A stretch of DNA of 63,731 nt, filler included, from Octopus bimaculoides (lineage: Eukaryota), in assembly GCF_001194135.2 (NCBI RefSeq). It is 6 parts of 6 records of this genome, joined end to end, with 100 filler letters (N's around TTAATTAATTAA, not from the genome) between each part and the next. Parts side by side here need not be neighbours in the genome. Positions count along the whole stretch, not along the records: positions 18,974 to 33,745 come from NC_069002.1; positions 33,846 to 58,166 come from NC_068981.1; 4 more parts are not named here. One strand, given 5' to 3'. Shown here one piece after another: positions 26,270-39,544 of this stretch (position 1 is the stretch's first letter; every line of letters starts with the position of its first letter). The notes below the pieces were generated by a model. That model had not been told where the DNA came from, did not search any database, and was given only the letters and a program-made list of their open reading frames with translations. The translations under genes and the position numbers were made by a program.

Positions 26270-26605
26270 GCGGTGGTGGCGGTGGTGGCAGTGGTGGTGG
26301 CGGTGGTGGTGGTGGTAACAGTATGTGCGTGTACATAGGGAGGGGGTGAGTGTGATGGCTTTCATAGTTGTTGGTGGTTGTGTTTGTGAAGATGTAGTTG
26401 CTGTTATGCTATTGTTGTTGATTAGCAGACGACGAGGAGAAGGAGGTGGTGGTGGTGGTGGAGGAGGAGGAGGAGAAGGAGGAGGAGAAGGAAGAGGAGA
26501 AGGAAGAGGAGGAAGATGAGGAGGAGGAGGAAGATGAGGAGGAGGAGGAAGATGAGGAGGAGGAAGATGAGGAGGAGACGATGACGACGACTACAACGAC
26601 GACGA
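26270..26605. repeat. (GGT)n/(GAG)n/(ACG)n low-complexity tract
   Basis: Trinucleotide runs giving the poly-E/poly-S pseudo-ORFs. Confidence 0.9.
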
Positions 26606-27229
26606 TGATAACAGGAGGCGGAACTTGTCCATCTCTCCAGTTTAATTCCGTATTCATATATTCATTAGAAACTGATTTCACCGGCAAAAACGACTTTATG
26701 TGAATTAGCTTTCACCCTCCAGTTCCAATCTACCCCATTACCACCCGGCGCCCACACACCCAGTTTCTCTCGGAGACACAAAACCAATATTGTAAGCTAA
26801 TTAACCTCTCAGAATGTCAACGGAACTCAAGGACCAAGTTTTATCTTCTGTTATCAAAGAGTTAAACCGACTGAAATCTAAACATTCTTCGTGTCGGACT
26901 CCATCAACATTATTTTTACTTTAGGTTGGAACGAAAATCAAATCGATCAGCAACTATTGATCAATTGATTATTGATAATCGAAGTAGCTAGTGGGTGGAC
27001 TGGCATTGGTATGAGATCTAGTATATAGGGTATAAGTATAGGTTTAGGATATAGTGCATAGGGTGAGAGTTTCTGAAGCAACAAAGCAGTGGAAACGTTT
27101 GACCGATACGGGTGTATGATTGTATGTGTGTGTGTGTGTGTGTGTGCTTAGTAGGTTTTAACACAAACGATTGTGCGAACAAAGTGAAAAGAGTTTTTTT
27201 TTAATGCAGAGGCCGGTTGAAGGGACAGA

Positions 27230-27760
27230 GCCCTTGACCGTTACAGGGTTATTATATCTTGAAGTATGATGTTTTGGACTGGAGCATGGGAATTAGAGTG
27301 AGGCCGAGAGAGGAGGCATTTAAACGCACCAAAAGGGTCGAGAAGTGGAAAGACGCTTCAGTCAAGAGCATCTGAAAGGTAGAGATATAAAACCAGTCAG
27401 CTGTTGGGGACAGATGCCATTATAAAAGTCACAGAAAAGACAGAGAAGGGAGACAACTCGTCTGTGTAACAGAGGTCAGAGTGTCTCCATTGGTGATTGA
27501 ATGTTATTCAGCCGAGTGACCCTTCTTTGAATGAGGTCTGGAATGGTTGTGTGAGTAGCGGCAACATTGTTCCAGATGGTCGGAGCAGCACTCCACTGCA
27601 GGTTTCACTTGAGCCTTGTTGAATGTCAGCAAGTAGTCTGTAGGACTCGTTACAATTTATTTCAGGATGTTCTGAAGAGATCCTCGACGATAGTGAGGCC
27701 TAGGCTTTGGAGTGACTGTGGAAGCTCTAGTTGTGTGTCACTCATGTTTACAAGGTGAGT
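27230..27760 (-). mobile_element. Decayed CR1/L2-like LINE 3' region
   Basis: Frameshifted remnants KAQVKPAVECC.(HIW), IQRRVTRL, PLLHRRVVS..FYNGICPQQL match the post-RT C-terminus of CR1/Jockey-superfamily LINEs. Confidence 0.65.
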
Positions 27761-28151
27761 GGTGTGGTATGGAGGTATTTCTAGGTTATGAATAGCACTA
27801 GAGTTGTTCATTTTTGTTAATGTGAAAAGAAAAAAACAAGGATGGTCTTAAAGTTTGCATTTATGGAATCAATGCAGGTTTGGTGTGTGGTGTTTATGTT
27901 GAGTGGAGATAGCCCATGAGTTGAGAACGTTTAGGGAGTTGGGGGTAGGACTAAAGGCAACTGATGTGGAATTTTCATATATATATATATATATAAACAT
28001 AATTAAGGGATCAGCAAACATTTGCTTCACCACATACCGAAGTTCAGAAATAGCAGCTAAAAAAGCTGAGACTCCAACAGATAGCATTACTTGTAACTCA
28101 CAAAGGCAAAAACAAGAAGAAAAAACAATGAAAACTAACCATTCGAAGTTA

Positions 28152-28210
28152 ATCATAGACGTGTTTCTGGATTATGAGCGATAATACTCAATTTCCTTCA
28201 TCAGTATGAT
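28152..28210 (-). ncRNA. Candidate type I hammerhead ribozyme (PLE pseudo-LTR type)
   Basis: Minus strand AUCAUA-CUGAUGA-A-GGA-aa-UUGAG-uauuaucg-CUCAU-aa-UCC-A-GAAAC-ac-GUC-UAUGAU: full catalytic core, 6-bp stem I, stem II, minimal stem III and GUC site. Confidence 0.7.
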
Positions 28211-28633
28211 ATTCCAGTAGTAAATTCGACTATGCTAGCAAACCGTGCCTGCATGAACGAGTGAACATCATGCATCATTGTTTTTTCTTCNNNNNNNNNN
28301 NNNNNNNNNNNNNNNNNNNNNNNNNNNNNNNNNNNNNNNNNNNNNNNNNNNNNNNNNNNNNNNNNNNNNNNNNNNNNNNNNNNNNNNNNNNNNNNNNNNN
28401 NNNNNNNNNNNNNNNNNNNNNNNNNNNNNNNNNNNNNNNNNNNNNNNNNNNNNNNNNNNNNNNNNNNNNNNNNNNNNNNNNNNNNNNNNNNNNNNNNNNN
28501 NNNNNNNNNNNNNNNNNNNNNNNNNNNNNNNNNNNNNNNNNNNNNNNNNNNNNNNNNNNNNNNNNNNNNNNNNNNNNNNNNNNNNNNNNNNNNNNNNNNN
28601 NNNNNNNNNNNNNNNNNNNNNNNNNNNNNNNNN

Positions 28634-28667
<34 letters not shown>

Positions 28668-28959
28668 GAAATAAGTAACTTATTTGCTTTTCATTCACCT
28701 TCAAGCTGTGCGGAAAATACCGGACCGACTTGGTGCCTCAACTTAAGTGCCTAATCCAACTGAATCTTAATTATATATATATATATATATATACCTGGCT
28801 TCATAAATAGAGTCAGCTTTCATAAAACCTGTGGAGGTTTCGAAAACAGTGCAAATCTATCTAATTTGCATCTTCCAAATCCGATCGATTTGTGGCATAG
28901 TGCGATTCATTCTCGATTTGAGTTTTTGTAAATGATTATATGTACACTGTCATATAATA

Positions 28960-29282
28960 ACCGGCATTCCGTCGCTTACCACAAGTGTTCCAGTTGATCT
29001 AATCAATGGAAGAGCTTGCTCGACAAATTAAAGAGCAAGATGTTGAGCACTCCCCAAGCCCGTGTACCCTTGAAGATTTTCTAAGCGAGCCTCAGTACGA
29101 CAAAAGGTGTGCCAAGGCTGGCCCTTTGAATTACAAGTACAATTCACTTTTACCGGCTGTGTGAAGTGAAGCAACGTGAAATAAAGTGTCTTGCTCAAGA
29201 AGCACAACACTGCCAGAAATCGAACTCACAACCTTACGACTGTGAGCCGAATACCCTAACCACTAAGCCACGTGCCTTCACA
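28960..29282 (-). mobile_element. tRNA-headed SINE (family C) with CORE-like cttgagcaagacactt segment
   Basis: Minus strand gtgaaggcacgtggcttagtggttagggtattcggctcacagtcgtaaggttgtgagttcgatttc then ttcttgagcaagacactttatttcacgttgct. Confidence 0.75.
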
Positions 29283-29328
29283 CACTGTCATATACACACG
29301 ATCAAATGTGTTCGTACGCTAACGTAAT

Positions 29329-29372
<44 letters not shown>

Positions 29373-30365
29373 CACACACACACATACACACACATATACA
29401 CACATATACACACACATATACACACATATACACACACATATACACACACACACAAGTGTACTAAATACCTCCTTTCCTTCGTCCGTATCTTCCTACCTGT
29501 AATAACAAATATTCGAATTTATTTCTTTTCAAGCCATCCGTGCCCACCACCACTGTACTTGATCTCAAATCCAATTTCATCTTGGACTCTATCCATAGTC
29601 ACGAGTATTCAATCTTCTCTTCACCGGGCTACTGCACCACCGCTACCACCCTTCCATCACTACTATCGCTATCATCATCACCATGACCACCACCACCACC
29701 AGAACCACCACCACCACCACCACTACCATCATGCTCCATCACTATCACCGCTACCAACGGCAACCACCACCCCACCCCACCCATAACTATCCCTATCGCC
29801 ACCATACTTCACTGTCTACCCCGCCCCCCCTCTGATTCTATCAAATCAGCTGCCTCCACAATTTGGCTTCTGTAATCCCACACCCACCACCCANNNNNNN
29901 NNNNNNNNNNNNNNNNNNNNNNNNNNNNNNNNNNNNNNNNNNNNNNNNNNNNNNNNNNNNNNNNNNNNNNNNNNNNNNNNNNNNNNNNNNNNNNNNNNNN
30001 NNNNNNNNNNNNNNNNNNNNNNNNNNNNNNNNNNNNNNNNNNNNNNNNNNNNNNNNNNNNNNNNNNNNNNNNNNNNNNNNNNNNNNNNNNNNNNNNNNNN
30101 NNNNNNNNNNNNNNNNNNNNNNNNNNNNNNNNNNNNNNNNNNNNNNNNNNNNNNNNNNNNNNNNNNNNNNNNNNNNNNNNNNNNNNNNNNNNNNNNNNNN
30201 NNCTTCTGAGGCCTCTGTTACTGTCTATGAACATGTGTATATATGTGTATATTTGTGTTTGTGTGTGTATGTGTGCGTGTGTGTATGTGTCTGTATCTGT
30301 GTGTGTGTGTGTGTTTATACATATACATGTATATATATATATATACAAACATATATGTATGCATG

Positions 30366-30399
<34 letters not shown>

Positions 30400-30666
30400 T
30401 GTATGTATGTATGTATGTGTATACTGCATTGTCTAATGCGTTTTTACTTAATACAGAAGATTTGGTTGGTACTTCTAACGAGTCAAGCGACAACGTAGAT
30501 GATCTCTTTAGTGAATGTCTGTATATGTCTGTCTGTGAGAATGGACACACACACACACACACATATATACATGCACATACATAAACATAAACACACACTT
30601 ACATACACACAAACACACACATACACACACAAACACACACACACACGCACACGCACACGCACACGC

Positions 30667-30771
<105 letters not shown>

Positions 30772-30964
30772 CACACACACACATGCACACACACACATGC
30801 ACAAACAACATAAACAAACTTCGACACAAACAAAACACCCACCTCTAGTTTTGCTAAACATTTAAAAACGTAACGAATTTCTGAACAGAATGTACGGAAA
30901 TGCGGATTCAGAATCTGGAGAAGGAAGTTGTCTCTGAAAGTCCTCGGTGTCACTAATTTTCAAA

Positions 30965-31080
30965 GCGTGGCTGTATGGTAGGAAGCTTGCTTCCCAACCA
31001 CATGGTTCCAGGTTCAATACCACTGCTTGGCACCATAAGCAGTTGTCTTCTACTATAGAAATTGAAAGAAGCCCGTTGTA
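30965..31080 (+). mobile_element. Family E SINE head/core
   Basis: gtggctgtatggtaggaagcttgcttcccaaccacatggttccaggttcaataccactgcttggcacc...gtcttctactatag. Confidence 0.75.
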
Positions 31081-32684
31081 TATACATACATATAAGAGGG
31101 ATGACCACTAAGTTTATTTTTGTATCTTTTCATTTGTCTTGCTCGCTTACGTTCTGGCGTTTGCTGAATTTTCTTGAGAACAATCTCTTCTTAGTGGTCA
31201 GACCATATGTGGTCTTCTTCTAGCATAATGGATGTCCACTTAGTGGTCATCTCTCTTATATGTATGTAATATAATTTTTCTGAATCTTCAGATTTTTCAA
31301 TTTGCTAGGCCACTGGTTTTAAATTGTCATTAATTAAATTAATACTCAAATTTTCACCCTTTTTAAATATATATATATATATATATATATANNNNNNNNN
31401 NNNNNNNNNNNNNNNNNNNNNNNNNNNNNNNNNNNNNNNNNNNNNNNNNNNNNNNNNNNNNNNNNNNNNNNNNNNNNNNNNNNNNNNNNNNNNNNNNNNN
31501 NNNNNNNNNNNNTGTGTGTGTGTGTGTGTAAAATCAAAATAAGCAACAGAATATCAAGAGGTGATGCAGTACGACCGTTTCAAGCGGCTACATTTAATTG
31601 AACAATGCAATCGTTACATCAATTTAAATGCAGGGCTATCCTCAGCTGCATAATAAATATAATTTTTAATCAGTTGGACACATTAGTATAATTTTACTCA
31701 AATTCTCTAATAGAGCAAGAAAAGGGAAAGAGTCCATGTTGCTACTAATGTAGCTAAGAATATACTACACTTCTAAGAACTGTATGAAGTTTCTTAGGGT
31801 CATAGTTTGTAAAGGATTGTGGTTCATTTTTAATTTTTTAGTCTTATCAACTACCAAATCTAAGGCTAGAGGACAGTGCCTGTTTAGAATGGAGAGTAGG
31901 AGTGAGTTGACAGTTTATAGTTGAGTATGGTCATAAATATTGTCAGGATATTAGGATTTGTATAAGTAATTGTCTATAAAGGAGGCTGGGTAGGGGAAGA
32001 CCCCAAATCAAGAAGACCCTCTTCTTGCTCCATTAGAGAATTTGGTTAGCAAGCGACTTACCGCACAGCCACTTCTGCGCCTATATATAAGTACAAATGA
32101 ATATCTAAACACACACACACACACACACATACACACACATACACACACATACACACACATGTATACTTACATATATGTGAGTACATATATATAAATACAT
32201 ACATACATATGCGCATGCACAGTTACGAACACACACGTGCGCGCACACACACACACATAAGCACACACATCTTTCTATAAAAACCACTGAATTTACTCTT
32301 GGCCATTATGTTGTCCGCACCTGCTGATTTTATTCTTACGTAAGCGACCCCATATCTTGATCTTTGATTTATCAGGACGCCCACCATGGCTGATGATGTC
32401 AGAGAGTGTATAGTGGTGATGTAAGAAGGTGTATAGTATTGATATAAAGGGTATATATTGATGATGTAAGGGTGTGTAGAGTGACATCTGCAAAATCAGT
32501 CGTAGTCACAATATGAATGATTGCTAGCGAGACCAGAAGTCAGACGAGTCTCGATAACAATAGCGACGACAACGACAACAACAACAGCAAAAACAACAAC
32601 AACACTATAAGGAAAACTGCAGTTCGGTACCTCTGTGTGGTGACTCGACTGTTAGAAATAACAGTCAAATCAAACACCATCTAC

Positions 32685-32737
<53 letters not shown>

Positions 32738-32792
32738 TAAAGAGAGAGAGAGGTCAGGTGTATGTTGTGGTCTTTTTCTTGTATGGTCTCTT

Positions 32793-32889
<97 letters not shown>

Positions 32890-32891
<2 letters not shown>

Positions 32892-33430
32892 GAGTGAGAG
32901 AGCAGTTCATGCCATCAAAGTAACACTGGGGTAATATATACGAAGCCCAGTATACCCAGTATGACTACCCATCTGATAAGGGTACACCAGAAACATGCAT
33001 CGCAACCATATGTGCGCGACATGGTGATCTCATATCAAGATAAGCAGCGCATGACCGTTAGAATTTTCTTCAGGTCGAGTAGTACATCCCGCTCAAAAGG
33101 TCCCTGAATAAGGGTTGTTTAAGGATGTTGAACGAAACACCCATGTTTCCAGAGGTGAATTATCCAAACCCCAAAGAATTCTTCTCAACTCATGGCCATG
33201 ATACTCCCCCACTACTTCTGCTCGTGATCAGGGATCCATATATCGTTAGCCACTAAGGGACACGCTCAACTGGTTAAGGTCAAACAACTGACAAGCAAAT
33301 CTGTGGTATTAAGCAGAATATTTGCTGTAGCCCATCGTTTATACTAAGACAAAACAATATACATGATAACACGTCCGGTCAATTAAGATTACAAGCCACG
33401 AGAGCCACTGTCAGGTATTGCATCAGGGCA
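32890..33430. mobile_element. Family G interspersed repeat, opposite orientation to 10975-11510
   Basis: Reverse-complement identity to the 11-kb copy. Flanked on both sides by (ATT)n. Confidence 0.8.
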
Positions 33431-33575
33431 TATTATTATTATTATTATTATTGTTCAGTAGTTTTATTTTTATAACGTGCTTTCATTTCATTACCGAGCG
33501 CAACTCTGTGTGCCTTGGGTATGTGCTGTGGTTTGCTGTGATGCTCTTATGGTTACTGTATTGAAAGTGTTTTGC

Positions 33576-33645
<70 letters not shown>

Positions 33646-33854
33646 TGCTACTACTACTACTACTACTATTAATGCATACATATATCTTCCATTCCTCTCT
33701 TTCCATCAACTTCTCTTCCTCCCCACTAAATAGACACAGAAATACNNNNNNNNNNNNNNNNNNNNNNNNNNNNNNNNNNNNNNNNNNNNTTAATTAATTA
33801 ANNNNNNNNNNNNNNNNNNNNNNNNNNNNNNNNNNNNNNNNNNNNGTATATATG

Positions 33855-33879
<25 letters not shown>

Positions 33880-33887
<8 letters not shown>

Positions 33888-34090
33888 TTGTGTGTCTGTG
33901 TTTGTCCCCCCAACATCGCTTGACAACCGATGCTGGTGTGTTTAGGTCCCTGTAACTTAGCGGTTCGGCATAAGAGACCGATAGAATAAGTACTAGGCTT
34001 CCAAAGAATAAGTCCTGGGGTTGACTTGCTTGACTAAAAGGTGGTGCTCCAGCATGGCCACAGTCAAATGACTGAAACAAGTAAAAGAGT
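33880..34090 (+). mobile_element. 3' module (D) of bipartite E/D SINE
   Basis: tgtccccccaacatcgcttgacaaccgatgctggtgtgttta...ccgatagaataagtactaggc...ggtgctccagcatggccacagtcaaatgactgaaacaagtaaaagag. Confidence 0.85.
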
Positions 34091-34651
34091 AAAAAGAGAG
34101 TAAAGAGTTACTAACAGCACTACAAAATGTAATTGCATCAACACATGGCCTTTAAATTGTATAGCTATCTCCCTTATATATTGTGGTAAAGTGTTAGCAA
34201 ATAAGGATTCAGTTGTCGTAAACCAGTATAAAGGGAATCCTTTTCAAACCAAATTATAATCAACGTAAATATCCCTTTAACTCTTCAGCAAGAAAATCAG
34301 ACATGTATTTGTCCAAACATAGTTGAATGTGAAATCCAGAAATTAAAATTTTTGCATAAAAATGGAAAATACTTGAGTTTGTAAGGAGCTTACAACCAAT
34401 GGCAGGATGTATATCTGCTTTGCTTTAACAGAGAAATTTATTATTCTGGTCCAGAATAAAAACATGCTCAACCATAAATCACAAATAGTTTCAAATATTA
34501 TACTTATGTATTTGTTTTGCAAGATTTCTGATGTGAAATTGTGTGTTAAAACAGATATTCTTTAGACGAAATACCGCTAAGCATTTTGCCTGGCATGCTA
34601 ACATTTCTGCCAGATATTGAAGCAAATATTGTTATATTTTGGGATAATCTT

Positions 34652-34925
34652 TTTTTTCTTTTTTCCAAAGAAACACATACATTGTATACTTGTCCTTCAC
34701 TTCAGCTTTATTCTTGTTCTTATTTTAGTGTCCTTTGCCTGGAAATCATTCACCACACATCCTGTAACCTCTTCAACGATTCTGAGGGCTGGAGAGTCAC
34801 TGAAGAGGTCACAGGATGTGTGAAGAAATATTTGTTGCAAAGGACACAAAAATAAAAACAATAATAAAGCTGAAGTGAATAATGAATACATAGTGCATGT
34901 GTTTGTTTATTTGGCGAAAAAAAAG
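34652..34925. repeat. Foldback inverted repeat, ~130-bp arms, ~9-nt loop
   Basis: cttcacttcagctttattcttgttcttattttagtgtcctttgc...cacacatcctgtaacctcttcaacgattct pairs with agagtcactgaagaggtcacaggatgtgtg...gcaaaggacacaaaaataaaaacaataataaagctgaagtgaa. Confidence 0.92.
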
Positions 34926-34994
34926 GCAAAAGCAGAAAAAAACAAACAAAAAAACCAAACATCCTGAAATATAACAATAATTACAAATATATAT

Positions 34995-35345
34995 ATTTTT
35001 TTGTTTCAGTCTTTAGATTGTGGCCATGCTAGCACACTGTGTTGAAAGGTTAAATTGAACAAATTGACCCCAGCACTTATTTTTTATGTCTGGTACTTAT
35101 TCAATAGGTCTCTTTTGCTGAACAGTTAAGATATGGTGACATAAACAAGTCAACATTCGTTGCCATGTGGAAGTGGTGGGGGACAAGCGCAGACACACAC
35201 ACACACATTATATATATATATGATGAGCTTCCAAAATTTCTATTTAACAAATTCACTAAATAACATTAGTTGATCCTGGGCTATAGTAAAAAGCATTTGC
35301 TTGTGCTATGCAGCAAGACTGAAAGCAAAACCATGCTGCAAAGCA
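34995..35345 (-). mobile_element. Decayed E/D SINE
   Basis: D module 34995-35200 and E module 35225-35345, both heavily CpG-mutated. Confidence 0.7.
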
Positions 35346-35657
35346 AGCTTCTAATTGGGAATGTTTTTATTGTGGACCAGATACGTATATTTCACTTGTT
35401 TTTATATAGTGTATGATAATTTGGAATATACTCATTTTATTATAACATGGAAATCTATATATCTATAAACCCTAACAACTGGCATGTGTTGACTATACTG
35501 TTATTCCAATCAATGAATGAAATTGTGATGGTGTTTTATGTGTTTTGGGTAAGAATTTGAGCTTCATATTCATAACATTAATAGTAGAAGAATCAAAAGG
35601 ACAAATTTAAAGAGACATTTCAGTTATAACAAATTAAACATACATGCATACATACAT

Positions 35658-35701
<44 letters not shown>

Positions 35702-35704
35702 AAA

Positions 35705-36190
35705 GTCTGTTGAAAAAAGCTCAAGGGGTTATTACCACTGCTGGCAACAAACAAGTTTTCTCTAAGAGTGAAGGGTAAATTGTATGAATGTGATGTTGCA
35801 TGATGGAGAAATATGGGCCTTGAATGCAGAAGATTTATGAAGACTAGAAAGAAATGGAAGGAGCATTGATGTGTAATTTTAGTGTGCATGAATGATAAAG
35901 CACAAATGAGCTGAAAGAAAAACTGAACATAAGAGAAATTCTTGTGTGGTGTGCAAGAGAATAAACCCTATTGGTATAGGCATGTGATGCATATGAATGA
36001 AGACAACTGTATAAAGAAGTGCTGCATGTTCAAAGTAACTGGAACTTGTAGAAGAGAGAGAATGAGGAAGATTTGGGACAAGACAAAGTAATAATGAAAA
36101 GTCTGAAGTTGATGTCTCTTCTGAATGAGATAACATTGATTGGCAACACTCTATTTGAGAAAGGATTCATTCACCTGTTCAAGCATGATG
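35705..36190 (+). mobile_element. RTE-clade LINE 3' fragment
   Basis: LLPLLATNKFSLRVKGKLYE...MLHGGEIWALNAEDL.RLERN...STNELKEKLNIR...WYRHVMHMNEDNCIKKC, typical of the RTE ORF2 C-terminus. Confidence 0.8.
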
Positions 36191-37711
36191 GAACAGCTGT
36201 TAAAATTTGCATATATGTATGCACATGAATATATGTGTATGTATTTAAATGTTTATACCCTGAGGCATAAGTACAAAAGAACATGTGCCCTTGCACATAC
36301 TTTTGTGTAAAGGCTCTCATCCGTCTAACACACAGATCACTCACTCCTCTTCTAACATACATCTTCATCATTTAACATCCACACTCCATGATTGTATGGG
36401 TTTGATGATTTGATAGGATCTGATGGGTACAAGGGCTGTATCATGCTACAGTGTCTGTTTTAGCTTCTAAAACCTTCCTAATGTAACTGCTTTACAGCAT
36501 GTACTGGGTATTTTTTTTTCATGCCACCAACACTAGCGAGGCCACCATACAGTGTGCAAGACTGTGAAAATGCTGAGGAGAAACCTTTATGCAAGAAGAT
36601 GGGGGGCGGGGGGAAGGCAGAAAACTTATGAAAGAAGTGGACCAGAGCAAAGCAGGTTTCTTGCTGTAGAGAAGTTGCATAACTATTCACATTTTAGAAG
36701 AAAGGGTAGAAAGTGATTCAGAGGATCTGGACAGCAATGAAAAGATAATGATGAGGTTCACCTTGGCAGTACGAGTTGGGCAGAGAGACCAGGAGTGAGA
36801 AGGAAACAGAAGGTGACTGACAATGCAGAGCAGCAGAATAGTAATGATGGAACAGTAGACAAAAGAAGGATGAGAAAGGGACCCTCTTTTATCATTTATA
36901 TGTTATCACTCATTCCACTGTCACCCATCTGTCTATCACCTTTGATTTGACCACTCATGCCACTACTGGACTTCTTTTGATCACTCTCTGCTTTTCACTG
37001 TGTACATTGCTGCTGATGTCATTAAGGATAGCAGAGGATCACTTTGGCTCACTGTACATTGCTTCAGAGATGCTATGGTACCTTTCATTTCCTTCTTCAT
37101 CATTATCACTCTAGCTCTCTCACCATCTTGATATACAGCTTAAGGGGCCTCTTCAGACTTACATGTATATCATGCACTCCTTCCTCTTCCTCTACACATT
37201 ACTGGCCATTTGATGAGAACATCCACCATTCACTTTCACTATATATTTACTTCTTGCTATCCATCAATATTTCACCCCTATTCTCTCTCGAGCTATTGCT
37301 ACAATAAAATGCAACTAGTTCACTGAGCTAAGTCTAAGGTTGTGAAATATCTTCAGTCTTGTGGAAGTCACAGTAACCACTAGAGTGGTTGTTATGTTTA
37401 GGTTGCTACGAAAAAAAAAAAAGAAAAGAAAACAAGAAACCCACTCAACATGCTCTGTAAGGTGGGCATTAAAAAGAGTTTCCAACCATAGAAACCAAAT
37501 CAAAAATGTAAATTAAGAGCAAGATGTGGCCCTCAATCCATTTAGAAAAAACAGAAATATCTGTCCAAGCAATGCAAGCATGGAAAGTGGATATAAAATG
37601 ACTATGATAATGATGTTAATATACAGAATTTGTTCTCCATGAAAATTTGTCTCTCTAACACACACACACGTGCACACACACACACACACACAATATGGTT
37701 GATAAATTCAC

Positions 37712-37938
37712 ATTGGTGTGTAATGTAAATGCAATTAGGCAAAAGTAATCAATGCTATGAAGAAGAGTGGAATAATATTCATATAATATTTATCGAAAAC
37801 TGAGTCTGTGCAAGTTGCCATTCAGAGTTTCTTCTTGTTGATCCTCAAGTAACTGATCTTTTTGTGTTTGAAGCTTTCTTCTGTACACATTGATTGGCTC
37901 TGTTCAGTTCACACTGAACAGATTCAATCAATGGGTAT
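37712..37938 (-). pseudogene. Relic exon (phase 2-0, one frameshift, one stop)
   Basis: tgttag|A YPLIESVQCELNRANQCVQK/KLQTQKDQLLEDQQEETLNGNLHRLSFR*ILYEYYSTLLHSIDYFCLIAFTLHTN|gtgaat. Confidence 0.55.
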
Positions 37939-38014
37939 CTAACATTTTATACACAAGTATAGAAATTTATAAAAATTAATCTATAAAAATTTATAAAAAT
38001 TTTTATAAAACAAC

Positions 38015-38143
38015 ATCTGAGGATAAGGTGATCTTTGATCGAAAAGTTTTTGTAATAAATTTGTTTGAAAAATATCTATGAAGAATTCTTTGAAAGAACC
38101 CAACAGTGAACTTATGAATGCAAGCATACATGAAATCTAGTAA
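38015..38143 (-). pseudogene. Relic exon (129 nt, phase 2-2, one stop)
   Basis: ttccccag|T Y*ISCMLAFISSLLGSFKEFFIDIFQTNLLQKLFDQRSPYPQ AT|gttgtt (weak donor). Confidence 0.6.
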
Positions 38144-38227
38144 CTGGGGAATAGAGACTTATTTAAAGAATATACAATAAATTAATTTTAATTCTATGTG
38201 TGTTTATATTAGGAATATAAATTTCAC

Positions 38228-38322
38228 ATAGTGTGTGTTGTCTCTCTCTCATTAGCAACATGGTCTTTGTAAAAGGATTTGAGTAATGTCAGAAATAGGT
38301 CAACTGTAGGTCTTCCCATAGC
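38228..38322 (-). pseudogene. Relic exon (95 nt, phase 0-2, open)
   Basis: caatatag|AMGRPTVDLFLTLLKSFYKDHVANERETTHT AT|gtgaaa. Confidence 0.65.
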
Positions 38323-38530
38323 CTATATTGTTTTGTGTGTGCATGCATACTGTTAGTATATGCTGAGGCACATATGAACAGATGTACGTATGTGCATTGT
38401 GTACATACACATGCATGTTTGTACTTGTGTCTTTGCACATATTTACATATGTATGCACACACTTATATTTACATGCTGGTACACACATACATTAATACAA
38501 ATATACACATACACACTTAAATACATACAT

Positions 38531-38588
<58 letters not shown>

Positions 38589-38612
38589 TCACATATATAC
38601 ATACACACATAC

Positions 38613-38683
38613 CACTTCCAGGTAATTTATATTTGGACACAAGCAGTTACATATCCCATATGCATACACATGTGTGCAGATGA
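38613..38683 (-). pseudogene. Relic exon (71 nt, phase 1-0, open)
   Basis: tttacatgcag|TC ICTHVYAYGICNCLCPNINYLEV|gtatgt. Supplies exactly the phase change needed between its neighbours. Confidence 0.68.
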
Positions 38684-39544
38684 CTGCATGTAAATGTATA
38701 TATGAACATATAAGTATGTATGTAGACATATGTCAGTGCATGCAGAGTAGATATAAAGAAATATAACATACAAAATGTAAACAACTAAAACAATTCTAAT
38801 AATACAAAATATAGAGATTCAAATATATGGATGCTCACAATAAACAAATCAAATACAGAGCAAATAAATTGATAAATGTGTATAAAACCATTTAAGTGCT
38901 TGATTACTATATTCATGTATAGGGAATATATAAACAATATATGTATAAAGAATACATAGAAATTATATATGTATGAAGAATACATAAAAATTAAGCACCA
39001 AGCAATGAATGTATAGAATAATTAATTAGCAAACATTTAAGAATTGGTTACTATCAGTCAAAATTTGAATTGAATGGTTAAATAGCAAAGGTTATCATTA
39101 TAGACATTACAAAAATTATGAAGTTAAAAATTCATGTAAAAATTGAATGGGCTTCATAAAAATGCATACATATGTAAATAAATAAATGAAACAGTATATA
39201 AAAATGAATAACAAATATTGGAGGTATAAATTAGCATAATGATCGATATACCATGATAGTCTTGTAAATAATGACTAAAGTCTATGGGGTTGTGAGAACA
39301 GGGGTCTGGAAATATGGGGATATGTAAGTATGGAAGGCAAGCATATGTGTTGTAAAAATTTGGGTTTGCAATGTATAATAGAGGATGCTGGCTGTGGGTA
39401 TTATAACACAGTAAGGAATGTGATAAGAGGGCTAGAGGATATGAGCTGTGGTTGTTAAAACAAGTAATACAGACTGTAGGAAGTGGGCTGCAGATGCAGT
39501 ATGAAGAGATATATATGTAGGTGTGTGGTCCTGTGCATATAAAA

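Noticed and set aside
26409-26703. Poly-Glu / poly-Ser ORFs
   Set aside because: Trinucleotide repeat with no splice or start context and no complex flanking coding sequence.
30820-30975. Possible Tc1/mariner terminus (minus TACAGCC...)
   Set aside because: No partner terminus or transposase remnant, and it overlaps a SINE head.
32321-32387. Possible first coding exon (minus gccATGg MVGVLINQRSRYGVAYVRIKSA|gtgcgg; plus-strand ccaccATGg at the same palindrome)
   Set aside because: Kozak-like context on both strands arises from CCATGG, and no phase-compatible downstream exon with a convincing acceptor was found.
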